From: an uncultured Acidobacteriota bacterium
Lineage (GTDB): Bacteria; Acidobacteriota; Vicinamibacteria; Vicinamibacterales; UBA2999
DNA: 64,000 bases
Assembly (NCBI GenBank): GCA_963772955.1
Contig: CAVYZF010000003.1
Span: 364,799-428,798 of the forward strand
Direction of reading: 5' to 3'
Part shown: piece after piece, positions 28,508 to 37,997 of the stretch
How the letters are laid out: each line of letters begins with the position of its first letter
How positions within the stretch are numbered: the stretch's first letter is position 1
The notes under the pieces: model-generated
What the model was told of the DNA's origin: nothing
What the model saw: only the letters and a program-made list of their open reading frames with translations
The model's database searches: none
Program-made: the position numbers and the translations under genes

Positions 28508-28583
28508 ACGCGCAGCTCGAACCGGGCGGCCGTTTGACAGACTCGCGACAAACACGCAAAACTGGCAGGCTTTCCCTCAGGTA

Positions 28584-29489
28584 ATGGACTCCACTCAGAT
28601 CGCACTCGTCTTCATCACACTCGGCGCGGCCATCGTCAACGGTGCCCTCGGCTACGGGTTCTCGTCGATCACCGTGCCGATCGCGTTGCTCTTCCTGACC
28701 AACCGCGTTCTCAATCCCGCGCTGGTTCCGATCGAAGTCGTTCTCAATGCCTACGTGCTGTGGGTGAATCGCGACGCACTGCCTCGCGTGTGGCGTCGCG
28801 TGCTGCCGATCGTGATCGGGTTACTTCCAGGCGTCATCCTTGGCACCACGATCGTGTCGATGGTCAACCCGGGCTGGCTCCGGTTCGGCACGTTCATCGT
28901 GCTCCTGCCGCTGATTCTGTTTCAGGCCGCAGGATATCGCCGGCCCATCAAGTCCGAGAAATCGGTGGGATTCGTGTTCGGCGGCGGCGTCGGCGTGCTC
29001 TACTCGGTGACGACGATCTCGGGACCGCCGTTGGCGGTGATGCTGAGCAATCAGGGGCTGACGCAGAAGGACTTTCGCGCAGCGCTCGGTTTCATCCGGT
29101 TGGCCGAATCGAGCTTCACGGCAGTCGCGTACGCATACGCCGGGCTCTACACGGCGCAAAGTCTTGCGCTCATTCCATCCATCCTGCCGAGCATCGCGAT
29201 CGGGGTCCCGATCGGCGCGTACATCATTCATCGCATCAGGCCGGAGACATTCCGTCGCCTGTGTATGAGCTTCGATGCGTGGATCGTGGGCTTTGGCTTG
29301 TCCACGCTGCTCAAGGACCTCGGTCTGGTGCAGAGCAACATCGCCTACCTGGTGCTCGTTACCGTCGGCCTGCTCGATTCGTGGCTGCTCTACCGGTTCT
29401 TCTCCGTGCAGTTGCCGCAGGTCAAACGCAATGAAGAACTCGCGCGATCTCGAATTCCCCCGGCCGAACCTGTGCGACCGCAGGGCTAA
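28584..29489 (+). CDS. TauE/SafE-family sulfite/anion exporter
   Basis: Start MDSTQIALVFITLGAAIVNGALGYGFSSITVPIALLFL (ATG 28584). A polytopic membrane protein with the DUF81 duplicated 4-TM pattern. Confidence 0.82.
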   Translation: MDSTQIALVFITLGAAIVNGALGYGFSSITVPIALLFLTNRVLNPALVPIEVVLNAYVLWVNRDALPRVWRRVLPIVIGLLPGVILGTTIVSMVNPGWLRFGTFIVLLPLILFQAAGYRRPIKSEKSVGFVFGGGVGVLYSVTTISGPPLAVMLSNQGLTQKDFRAALGFIRLAESSFTAVAYAYAGLYTAQSLALIPSILPSIAIGVPIGAYIIHRIRPETFRRLCMSFDAWIVGFGLSTLLKDLGLVQSNIAYLVLVTVGLLDSWLLYRFFSVQLPQVKRNEELARSRIPPAEPVRPQG

Positions 29490-30010
29490 GGCGCGTCTCG
29501 AAGCGCAGCGAGCGTGTTCTTGAATTGACGATACGTCGATGCGTCCGTATCGACGTACGTCATCGCTCCCATCAAGAGGGACTCCCGCGGGAGGAGCAAG
29601 TAGTCCTGCGCGGAGAGTTCGTAGTAGAGCAGATCCGCACCGGCGGGCGCGTTGGCGAGCGTGTAGATCGCTCCACTTCCGGAAGAGGCCGGGCCCTTGT
29701 GTCGCCTCGCCCGCCTGAGCGCAATCGTACGGCCATCAATACGCACGGCGCGCTTGCGGAACCCGTGACGCGCGGGAATCAGCGTGACGCGCGGCTGCTG
29801 CACCGACGATCGAACGTGACGATAGAAGCGCAGAAACAGCGCGTCCTCGAGCAGCCGGCGCTTCATGTGATGCTCGCGACACAGCTGCTGCCGGCGATGC
29901 CCGCGTGGCGCGTCTGGCAGCAGGCGCTGGTGCCACTGCCGGACGCACTCGCGTGTCACGCCGAATTCCGAGGCAATGCGTGCGAATGTCACGCACGGCT
30001 GTGCGAGCAT
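29486..30010 (-). CDS. Hypothetical protein with N-terminal helix-turn-helix
   Basis: The segment FARIASEFGVTRECVRQWHQR is HTH-like. The C-terminal 120 aa is unassigned. G/C-biased third positions. Convergent 4-nt overlap with the TauE gene. Confidence 0.45.
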   Translation of the reverse strand: MLAQPCVTFARIASEFGVTRECVRQWHQRLLPDAPRGHRRQQLCREHHMKRRLLEDALFLRFYRHVRSSVQQPRVTLIPARHGFRKRAVRIDGRTIALRRARRHKGPASSGSGAIYTLANAPAGADLLYYELSAQDYLLLPRESLLMGAMTYVDTDASTYRQFKNTLAALRDAP

Positions 30011-30076
30011 CGTCAGCAGCCGCTCAGCCGGCGCGCCAATGGTCCGTCATGGGTCGCCGCGCCGCTCACCATTTGC

Positions 30077-30994
30077 TCAACGTCTTCGGTGCTTTGTGCG
30101 TGTCGTCACGTAGATGTCGTTCGATCCGAAACCACCGTCGCGCATCGACGTAAAGAAGAGCGTCTCGCCGTCGGGCGAGATGGCGCCAAGGTTGTCGCTG
30201 GCCGCGGTGTTCACGACCGTCCCCAGTGTCTCGGGCTCAGACCAGGGCTCGAGCACGCTCTTCCGCACCGATGAATACAGGTCGGACCCTGCACTTCCGA
30301 TCCGGTTGGAGTGGAAAAAGATCTCGAGTCCGTCGGCGGTAATCGATGGGTCCGCGTCGGTCGCTTCGCTGTTCAGTTCTTTCACCGGCACCGCCGAGCC
30401 GAACGCGTCAGCGACGTAGATGTCGGTAAGGGCGCTGCCGGGCCGAAGACTGTGGAAGAAGAGCTGCGCCAGGCCCCGCTTCCTGTTCTCGAAATAGGCG
30501 GGCCCTCCCTCCGAGTCGGCGGTGTTGACCCCAGGACCGAGGGGTACCGGCAACTGCCATCCGTTGTCTCCCAGGTCATCGCTAACGTTCTTCCGGTAGG
30601 AAACCCAAATGTCCCCTGGGGCTCGAAAGAAGAACAGATGGTGTTCATTCCGAGAAAGGGCCGGAAAGCCTTCGAAGGCAGCGGTGTTGATATTCGCGCC
30701 CAGATTCACGGGCCAGTCCCAGGGAAGGTGCACGCTCTCGCGCCGAGCGACGTACAGGTCGTTATCACCGAAAGCGTCGGGAGGGACGCCCGGGCGATTC
30801 GAAACGAAATACAAGGTAAGCCCGTCCTGGGAGATGGCCGGGGCCGCTTCGCCAAATAACGTATTGATGCCCGCCCCAAGGTTGACCGGTGTCGACCACT
30901 CGGAACCCTTCGAATCCCGCGAAGCATCGGCCGGTGGCATCAGCATCATGACCATCGCTACCGCACCACATGCTGCTACGAGTTGTCGCATCAT
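30077..30994 (-). CDS. Secreted PD40 (TolB-like WD40-like) beta-propeller repeat protein
   Basis: Start MMRQLVAACGAVAMVMMLMPPADA. Repeated units follow the pattern W..P.NLG..INT...E..PAIS.DG..L.F.SNR.G..G..DLY (5 repeats). Confidence 0.78.
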   Translation of the reverse strand: MMRQLVAACGAVAMVMMLMPPADASRDSKGSEWSTPVNLGAGINTLFGEAAPAISQDGLTLYFVSNRPGVPPDAFGDNDLYVARRESVHLPWDWPVNLGANINTAAFEGFPALSRNEHHLFFFRAPGDIWVSYRKNVSDDLGDNGWQLPVPLGPGVNTADSEGGPAYFENRKRGLAQLFFHSLRPGSALTDIYVADAFGSAVPVKELNSEATDADPSITADGLEIFFHSNRIGSAGSDLYSSVRKSVLEPWSEPETLGTVVNTAASDNLGAISPDGETLFFTSMRDGGFGSNDIYVTTRTKHRRR

Positions 30995-31114
30995 TTGAGT
31001 GTCCTCCCAGTTGTGCGTGACCACGTTTGGCTCACCTGACGCGAATAAGGAAACGCGGCACGGGAGGTTACAGCCTCAGCGGGAACAGGTATAGGATGCC
31101 GCTTTCAGGATGAA

Positions 31115-33804
31115 ATGCCAGACTGTCCACGGTGCGGAGCGGAACTGACCTCCGGCGATCCCGAGGGACTCTGCCCGACGTGTCTGATTCAGGGCGCACT
31201 CGGGAGCTCCGGTAGCGACGAGCTCGGGACCGAGGTGCCTCGCCCTGCCCCAGGTGCAGCCCTGGATGACGACTTCGGCCGCTATCGCATTATCAAGTCC
31301 CTGGGCGAGGGCGGGATGGGTACGGTGTCTCTCGCCGAGCAGCGTGAACCCATTCGCCGGCGCGTGGCGCTCAAAGTCGTGAAGCTCGGCATGGACACCG
31401 CAGCGGTGCTCGCCCGCTTCGCCAACGAACGCCAGGCGCTCGCGATGATGGACCACCCGAACATCGCCCAGATCTTCGACGCCGGCGCGACCAGCAAAGG
31501 GCGCCCGTACTTCGTGATGGAGTACATCGAAGGGGCGGTCATCACCCAGTTTTGCGATCGCAAGCGGATGCCGACGAGGGATCGGCTCGCCTTGTTCCTC
31601 GCGGTGTGCGATGCGATCCACCACGCGCACCGGAAGGGTGTGATCCACCGCGACGTGAAGCCGTCGAACGTGCTGGTGATGGAACGGGACCGCACGCCGA
31701 TTCCCAAAGTCATCGACTTCGGAATAGCAAAGGCCACCGACAAGTGGGCTGTGGAGAAGAGCGCGCTCACCCACTTCGGCCAGATCGTGGGGACGCCGGA
31801 GTACGCCAGCCCGGAGCAGGTGGACACGATGCAGGGAGACGTCGATGAGAGCTCCGACGTCTATTCGCTCGGCGTGCTCTTGTTCGAGATGCTGATCGGC
31901 GCCGTGCCGTTCGACCCCGCGACGTTGCGCAGCGCCGGTCTGGCCGAAATGCTGCGGATCATTCGCGAAGATGAGGCCCCTTCGCTCTCCCGAAAGCTCA
32001 CCTCGTTGGGCGCCGCGGTGACGCACATTGCCGAGCGTCGGCAGACCGACCCGGTCTCGTTGCGCCGTCTCGTGGACGGCGACCTGAACTCGATCACGAT
32101 GAAGGCCCTGGAGAAGGCGCGCGAGCGGCGCTACGCGTCGGTCGCTGACCTCGCAGCCGATATCCGGAATTACCTGGAGCACCGGCCTGTGCTGGCCGCG
32201 CCGCCGGGCCGGCTGTACCGAACTCGGAAGTTTCTCCGCAGGCACCGGGCTGCCGCTGTCGGCACAGCCGCCGGACTCGCACTCCTCGTGTCGATCGGGG
32301 TGACGGCATGGTCGCTCTCCTCTCGCGTGTCGCCGATGAGACCCACGCTGACCGAGAAGGACACCATCGTGCTGGTGGACGTCACGAACCAGACCGGCGA
32401 TCCGGTCTTCGACGGCGCGCTCCGTCAAGGGTTGTCGTTCGAGCTCGCACAATCGCCATTCGCAGTGATATCGGACACCAAGGTTCAAGAGACCCTGGCG
32501 CTGATGGGCCAGCCGAGAGACGCGAGAGTGACTCCGGAGATCGCGCAGCGATCTCGATCGAACAGCGTGCGGCGACTCTGGAGGGGTCGATTACCAGACT
32601 TGGCAGCCAATACGTGCTGGGCTTGCGCGCCAGGAACTGCACGACGGGCCGCATCCTCGATCAACAGCAGATCCAGGTGGCTCGGCAAGAGGACATTCTC
32701 AACGCCCTGAGTCAGATCGCGCGAAGATTCAGAACCCGGGCAGGCGAATCGCTGCTCACAGTTGAAAAGCACGCGCCCTTGCCCGAAACCACGACATCAT
32801 CCACGACGCCTTGAGGCGTCCGCCGGAGACGGCCGTCCCTTCGGAAGTCGCGGTGAATCGCTTTCATCGCCGCGCCGTCGAACTCGATCCCGGGTTCGCG
32901 ATGGCGCACGCCCGGCTGGGACTGAACTCCCTCGGGGAATCAGAGCTGGCGGCCGAGAGCACCAGAAGAGCGTGGCTCCTGCGAGATCGCGTCAGCGATC
33001 GCGAAAGGTTCTTCATCGACTTTATCTACGACCGTCAAGTCACGGGAAATCTCGAAAAGGCCTATCAGACGCTCGAATTGTGGTTCAGACGTATCCCCGC
33101 ACGGAACAACCCAATCCCCATAGTCTGCTTGGCGGCATCTCCACCCATGGGACCGGCCGTTACGAGAGGGCGCTCGAAGCATCTCGAAAGGAAATCGCGG
33201 CTGATCCCGACTTTGGGTTGGGGTATGGCAATCTCGCGGGAAGCTATTTCCTCACCGGTCGCTTCGCGGAAGCCGAGAGGACGATTCAGGCGGCTTCCGA
33301 GCGCAAGCTGGAGCTCGACCGTCTTGTCGTCATCCGATACAACCTCGCGGTGCTGACGGGTGACCAGGAGCAGATGGCCCGGTCAGTCGCGCTGGCCCGG
33401 GGCAAGCGCAGCGTGGAACACCGGATCGCGCACGCGCAGTCCCTCGCGCTGGCTCGTACCGGCCGTTTGGAGGCCGCCAGGCTGTCGTCCAACCGCGCCT
33501 GGAGGCGCGGGAGGGAGCGAACCCTCGCATGGCGGTTTTGCAGACCACCGCGTTGCCGCTTCGCCACCGCGCCGAATCTGGTTAGGGTTGAAGCTAACTT
33601 CCAACATTACGGCGGCGGTCGCACGGGTGCGCGGCGAGGTGATGGTGCGCGACGGTGGCGATCGTTCTGTCGGGAGAGAGGACCAAGGCCAAGGCTGCCT
33701 ATGAGACATTCCTGGCCTTGTGGAAGGATGCTGACGCCGATATCCCGGTCCTGAAGCGCGCCAAAGCTGAATACGCGCGGCTGCAGCCGGCACATCAGCG
33801 ATGA
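31115..33804 (+). pseudogene. Ser/Thr protein kinase with TPR-like C-terminal region, heavily decayed
   Basis: The Zn-ribbon (MPDCPRCGAELTSGDPEGLCPTCL), kinase domain (GEGGMGTV, HRDVKPSNVLV, DFGIAKA, GTPEYASPEQ) and TM segment are intact to about 32520. The remainder must be read through at least 5 frame changes: ATLEGSITRLGSQYVLGLRARNCTTGRILD..., then AVELDPGFAMAHARLG...YDRQVTGNLEKAYQTLELW, then QTYPRTEQ...GTGRYERALEASRKEIAADPDF..., then ...TKAKAAYETFLALWKDADADIPVLKRAKAEYARLQPAHQR* with stop at 33802-33804. The region 33490-33650 looks internally deleted. Confidence 0.75.
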
Positions 33805-33867
33805 GCGCAGTGTAACCATTGACTTCCAATTCCTTATGCCTGTTGTGGAGCGGCACAGGTTGAGCTC

Positions 33868-34130
33868 ATGACCGGCGATCCCGGAAACACCGCAGGCGGA
33901 ACGATGCACACGCTGGCGGGGGGATCAGCTTTCCCGACCACATGGTGGACGATGGTGATCGCCCGCCGTTCCCCCGGCCGTGGCTCGCTCCGCTCGGTGT
34001 CGCGCTGCGAGCTGGTCGCTTACGCTACGTTCGCCGCCGCGGGTATCCGGCTGACCAAGCGCAGGATCTCACGCAGGAGTTCTTCATCCGCGTGATGGAA
34101 GGCCGATATCTCGATCGCGCAACCGAAGGT
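33868..34130 (+). pseudogene. ECF-type sigma-70 factor remnant (region 2 only, frameshifted and 3'-truncated)
   Basis: SAFPTTWWTMVIA is in one frame and RYVRRRGYPADQAQDLTQEFFIRVMEGRYLDRA is in another. Both are typical of the N-terminal third of kinase-associated ECF sigma factors. Nothing sigma-like follows after about 34130. Confidence 0.55.
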
Positions 34131-34520
34131 CCCGCCCGCTGCGATTTTCACGAGCGCTCCCCCCTCCGCTTCGTAGTCCTGAGCGCCGGCAGCACTAGCC
34201 ACCTTGAAGCCGTTCTTCTGCAAGAGTTCCGCCGCTCGCACCGAGCGCGTCGAGTGATTCGAGACGGTGACGATCACGCGCTCTCGTGGAATCGATGGCA
34301 GTCGCGTCTCGAGATCGCCGATCTGCACATTCAGGTAGACGGGGAATCCGCCAATCGAACCGATCTCGTCTGGACGGCGCACGTCGATCACGAGAACATC
34401 CGCCGGCCTCGCGAGAAGCGCGTCAACCTCCGCGCGCGTGAGCACATTGACCGGCTGTTGCGCCTGGATCGCAACGGAAACAGACAGGAGCAGAACTATC
34501 GAGAGCAGTGTCCGAAACAT
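34020..34520 (-). CDS. Secreted rhodanese-domain sulfurtransferase (with aberrant 3' extension)
   Basis: Start MFRTLLSIVLLLSVSVAIQAQ (ATG 34520). The rhodanese core is LVIDVRRPDEIGSIGGFPVYLNVQIGDLETRLPSIPRERVIVTVSNHSTRSVRAAELLQKNGFKV. The last ~39 codons are antisense to the sigma-factor remnant. Confidence 0.78.
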   Translation of the reverse strand: MFRTLLSIVLLLSVSVAIQAQQPVNVLTRAEVDALLARPADVLVIDVRRPDEIGSIGGFPVYLNVQIGDLETRLPSIPRERVIVTVSNHSTRSVRAAELLQKNGFKVASAAGAQDYEAEGGALVKIAAGGTFGCAIEISAFHHADEELLREILRLVSRIPAAANVA

Positions 34521-34540
34521 GTGGATTCCTTCGCCGTACA

Positions 34541-34576
34541 AAGAAAAAGGCCCGGAAGCGTGAACCTCCGGGCCTT
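34541..34576 (-). terminator. Intrinsic terminator 20 nt upstream of the rhodanese ATG
   Basis: The minus strand reads GGCCCGGA-ggttcacgct-TCCGGGCC followed by TTTTTCTTT. Confidence 0.7.
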
Positions 34577-34609
34577 CGATCGGTGGCCGAGCCTGAATGA
34601 GATCAGGAG

Positions 34610-34714
34610 CTAAGGGCTTGAGATGAGGCCCTCCACCGCGCGCGTGTCGCCGGAGACACTTCTGCTGCTGCAACAACAACAGCAACAAGAGAGACGCGGG
34701 GCCGTGGGCATCAT
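34610..34714 (-). CDS. Polycysteine leader peptide (sORF, 34 aa; 36 aa if started at 34720)
   Basis: The minus strand reads ATG(34720) CCA ATG(34714) ATG CCC ACG GCC CCG CGT CTC TCT TGT TGC TGT TGT TGT TGC AGC AGC AGA ... CCT TAG, giving (MP)MMPTAPRLSCCCCCCSSRSVSGDTRAVEGLISSP*. The six consecutive Cys codons are at 34687-34670. Confidence 0.6.
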   Translation of the reverse strand: MMPTAPRLSCCCCCCSSRSVSGDTRAVEGLISSP

Positions 34715-34723
34715 TGGCATCAC

Positions 34724-34753
34724 TTTGTAGCGCACTGAACGAATCGTCGTCAA
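34724..34753 (-). promoter_or_regulatory. Sigma-70-like promoter for the polyCys leader and rhodanese
   Basis: The minus strand reads TTGACG (34753-34748), 18 nt, TACAAA (34729-34724). ATG 34714 lies 9 nt after the -10, which is leaderless-type geometry. Confidence 0.4.
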
Positions 34754-34770
34754 AGAAAGTTGACTTCCGA

Positions 34771-37170
34771 CTAGTCGGCCCTGAGCGCGACGATCGGATC
34801 CACGCGAAGCGCACGGCGTGCAGGCAGGTACACGGCAAGCACAACGACAGCGACAAGAAACAGCGTGGCGAGCATCAGGGCCGCGGGGTCGGTGGGCGTG
34901 ACACCATGGAGCAATCCGGCGAGCGTTCTGGCGAAGGCCATTGAGGCGGCGAGGCCAATCGCCACGCCACCGGCGGCAAGCAGAACAGTGCGGCGCATGA
35001 CGAGCCAGAGCACGGCGCCAGGTTGCGCACCGATGGCCACTCGCAAAGCGATCTCACTCGTGCGGCGCGCCACCCAGAACGCCACCACTCCGTACAGTCC
35101 CATTCCCGCGAGGAGCAGCGCGACCCCGGCGAAGCCGCCAAGCAGCTGCATTGCGAATCGTGGGCGTGACAAGTCGTCGGCAACGAAATCGGCAAGAGCG
35201 CGGACATCTGCAACCGGCTGATTGGGATCCAGCCGCCGGATCACACCGCTGACGATAGGCGCGACAGACGCGGCATCACCCGTCGACCGAACCGCCAACG
35301 CGAAATCACGCGTCGTCACCTGCGGAAACCACCAATAGGCGCTTGGCGGCGCATCCGCGGCCAGCCCGCCAAATCGGACACTGCCAACGATGCCGACGAC
35401 CCTTCCAGTCAGCGTCTCGTTGTTCCCGCGGTGCCACGTGAGATGCGCACCCACCGCATCTCCGCCGGGCCAGTAGCGGCGGGCCAGCAATTCGTCGATC
35501 ACGAACACCGGCTCACTCCGCTCGGTATCGTCGCGCCCCGGCAACCGGCCGCTGACGAGCGGGATCCCCATCGCCTCGAAGTACCGTCCGCCGACGATGC
35601 TGACCCACGAGAATTTCTGATCTTCGACGTGCGTCTCAGCACGCCCGTCTATCTCGAAGCGATTCGCCGCGCCGCCGCGGCTCATGGGCAGATAGTTGGC
35701 GAACCCGGCACGCGACACTTGCGGTTCGTTCTCGAGCAGACGCACGAGTTCCGCACCAAAGACTCGAATCTGCTCTTCGCGCGGATACGCGCCCTCGGAG
35801 AGTGCGGTCTTCATGGTGAGGACACGATCCGCATCGAAGCCGGGCGCGATGTGCGTCAGCTGCTGAACCGTGCGCGTCAGAAGGCCTGTGCCCGCGAGAA
35901 GCATGAGAGCAAACGCGACCTCGGCAACGATGATTGCGTTGGTGATTCTCGGGTGACGTTGACCCACGACGCCGCGCGTTGCACCTGGCGACGCGCCGCC
36001 GATTGCCATTCGCGATACTGAGACGATCCACATCGCCAACGCCGCGACAACTGTGACGACGAATGCGAAGCCAAGCGTCCGCAGGTTGACAATGATCTCC
36101 GTCGTTCGCGGGAGGTTCATGCCGGGAGAAATCAGCCCCTGAATGGCGTCTGTCCCCCACCAGGCCAACAGCATCCCCGCAGTCCCGCCGAGACTCGCGA
36201 GGGCGACACTCTCGAAAAACAGTTGCCGCACCAGGCGACCGTGGCTCGCGCCCAGCGACCAGCGAACGGCGAACTCTCCCTGCCGTGCCACACTGCGGCT
36301 GATCGCCAGATTGGCCACGTTCGCACACGCGATGAACAGCAGGAGCATCACCGCACCGAAGAGCGCAAGCAGCAACGGACGCGCGTCGCGCACTGTTGCT
36401 TCCAGAAGCGGAAGCGTCTGGATGCGCCAATCGTGGCTATAGGACGGAAACTGATCCTCGACACGTGCGGCGATCGCCGACAGGTCTGCTTGCGCCTGCT
36501 CGAGTGTGGCCCCCGATGCCAGGCGCCCGACAACGTGGAGATCGCCTCCCATCCCTACGAGTTCGCTCGGATCGAGGCGGAGAGGTTGCCACAACTCCGC
36601 GCGCGATTCGGCAAACTCGGTCGTGCGGATCGTAAAGGCCTGCGGCATGACGCCGACGATGGTCCGCGTCGCGCCATCGAGGACGATTGATTGGCCCACG
36701 ACATTCGGATCGCCTCCGAACCGCCGTTGCCACAAGCCATAGCTGAGGGCAACTTCGGGCGCGATCCGGCTCAGATCGCGTTCGGTCGTAAATGTGCGGC
36801 CGACGAGTGGAGGCGTTCCGAGCACGGCGAAGAAATTCGTGGTCGCATGGTCCGCAACAACCTGAACAGGCTCGCCGCGACCGGTCAGCGTCGCTCTGGC
36901 TTCGTGCCATCCCACCAGATCCGCAAACGTGCCGCTCTGGCGACGCCACTGATCCAGGTAGCCCCGCGACAGACGTGCGCCGGACGTCGGACGCAGCATG
37001 ACGAGCCGCTCCGGCTCCGGGAAACGCAGCGGGCGAAGCAGCACGGAATCGACGATGGCGAACATCGCAGTGCTCGCCCCGATGCCGAGTGCGAGCGTGG
37101 CAAGGGCCGCTAGAGCAAACGCAGGAGCGCGCCTGAGCAGACGTAGCGCGTAGCTGACGTCCTGTTTCAT
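34771..37170 (-). CDS. ADOP-family (MacB-like, duplicated FtsX) permease
   Basis: Start MKQDVSYALRLLRRAPAFALAALATLALGIGASTAMFAIVDSVLLRPLRFPEPERLVML (ATG 37170, ATGA overlap with the upstream stop). Duplicated MacB_PCD/FtsX architecture. Confidence 0.9.
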   Translation of the reverse strand: MKQDVSYALRLLRRAPAFALAALATLALGIGASTAMFAIVDSVLLRPLRFPEPERLVMLRPTSGARLSRGYLDQWRRQSGTFADLVGWHEARATLTGRGEPVQVVADHATTNFFAVLGTPPLVGRTFTTERDLSRIAPEVALSYGLWQRRFGGDPNVVGQSIVLDGATRTIVGVMPQAFTIRTTEFAESRAELWQPLRLDPSELVGMGGDLHVVGRLASGATLEQAQADLSAIAARVEDQFPSYSHDWRIQTLPLLEATVRDARPLLLALFGAVMLLLFIACANVANLAISRSVARQGEFAVRWSLGASHGRLVRQLFFESVALASLGGTAGMLLAWWGTDAIQGLISPGMNLPRTTEIIVNLRTLGFAFVVTVVAALAMWIVSVSRMAIGGASPGATRGVVGQRHPRITNAIIVAEVAFALMLLAGTGLLTRTVQQLTHIAPGFDADRVLTMKTALSEGAYPREEQIRVFGAELVRLLENEPQVSRAGFANYLPMSRGGAANRFEIDGRAETHVEDQKFSWVSIVGGRYFEAMGIPLVSGRLPGRDDTERSEPVFVIDELLARRYWPGGDAVGAHLTWHRGNNETLTGRVVGIVGSVRFGGLAADAPPSAYWWFPQVTTRDFALAVRSTGDAASVAPIVSGVIRRLDPNQPVADVRALADFVADDLSRPRFAMQLLGGFAGVALLLAGMGLYGVVAFWVARRTSEIALRVAIGAQPGAVLWLVMRRTVLLAAGGVAIGLAASMAFARTLAGLLHGVTPTDPAALMLATLFLVAVVVLAVYLPARRALRVDPIVALRAD

Positions 37171-37997
37171 TTGCGCGGGAGCGGCGGCGGCAACGGCGCG
37201 GGATCGATGTAGCCACGGGTGCCGTCGGGCCTGATCGGACCCGGTCCGAAACCGAGATGTGCCGCATCGACGTTGTTCTCGCTGCAGGCGTACTCCATGA
37301 TTTCTTCGTCGGGCTTCCCGAGTACCCACGTGCGCGAGTAGGTGAACGGACGCGTGTAGAACTTCGGATCCTCGATCAGCGTGTCGACGTGAATGTGGTC
37401 GGCATCAGGGCGCGTCCATCGCTCGACGACGTGCAATGCGTCACTGTGAGGGTTGGCGTTTTCGTCGATCCAGACCTTTTCGTCCTTGAAGCCGATCGAG
37501 TCGATGACGAGCGTGTCGCCTTCCCACTTGCCAAGCTCTTCCCCGAAGAAGGACGGATCGGGATCGTCCGAGTGCTTGCGGTTCGGATCGATCGGGATCA
37601 AACGGAAGTAGCTGTACCAATACAGAAACGCGATCTTGTTGTTGCCTTGCAGGACCTCGAACGGAAGACCACTGGCGTTGTGGCGCGGGATTCCACCGAT
37701 GATGCAGAGGCTCTCGGGATCGATCGTCGCCGTGAGATTGTGCTTGAGGGCGGCCTCTCCGGCCGGCGTCAGCGGCAGCTTCCACCCGGGTAGGTCCTTG
37801 CCGATGTTGCCGCCAGGCTTCGTATCGGTGGTGCCCTTCCAATAGCCGCTGAAGTCTGGCTTGCCGTTTGCCATTCGCGGCGTTGGTCGGTTCGACTTGA
37901 AGTCCGGCACCTGCATCTGCGCACGGGTCGCGATAGCAGAGAGCGCGAGCGCGAACAAAACAATTGCCGGTATGAGGCCCGCCCTCATCGCTGTCAT
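37167..37997 (-). CDS. Secreted hypothetical protein (family also at 51832..52812 and 52830..53633)
   Basis: Signal MTAMRAGLIPAIVLFALALSAIATRAQ. Shared pattern with the two later ORFs: G.W...., P.N/T..A, C....G.P, then G.W.G.TLV, then DP..Y..P. ATGA overlap with the DUF6152-like gene. Confidence 0.65.
   Translation of the reverse strand: MTAMRAGLIPAIVLFALALSAIATRAQMQVPDFKSNRPTPRMANGKPDFSGYWKGTTDTKPGGNIGKDLPGWKLPLTPAGEAALKHNLTATIDPESLCIIGGIPRHNASGLPFEVLQGNNKIAFLYWYSYFRLIPIDPNRKHSDDPDPSFFGEELGKWEGDTLVIDSIGFKDEKVWIDENANPHSDALHVVERWTRPDADHIHVDTLIEDPKFYTRPFTYSRTWVLGKPDEEIMEYACSENNVDAAHLGFGPGPIRPDGTRGYIDPAPLPPPLPRK

Noticed and set aside
34663-34690. CAA/CAG low-complexity tract (ctgctgctgcaacaacaacagcaacaag) as a simple microsatellite
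   Set aside because: On the minus strand it is the run of six Cys codons (TGT/TGC) of the leader sORF, in frame with an ATG and a stop and followed by a terminator. I reinterpreted it as functional coding sequence.
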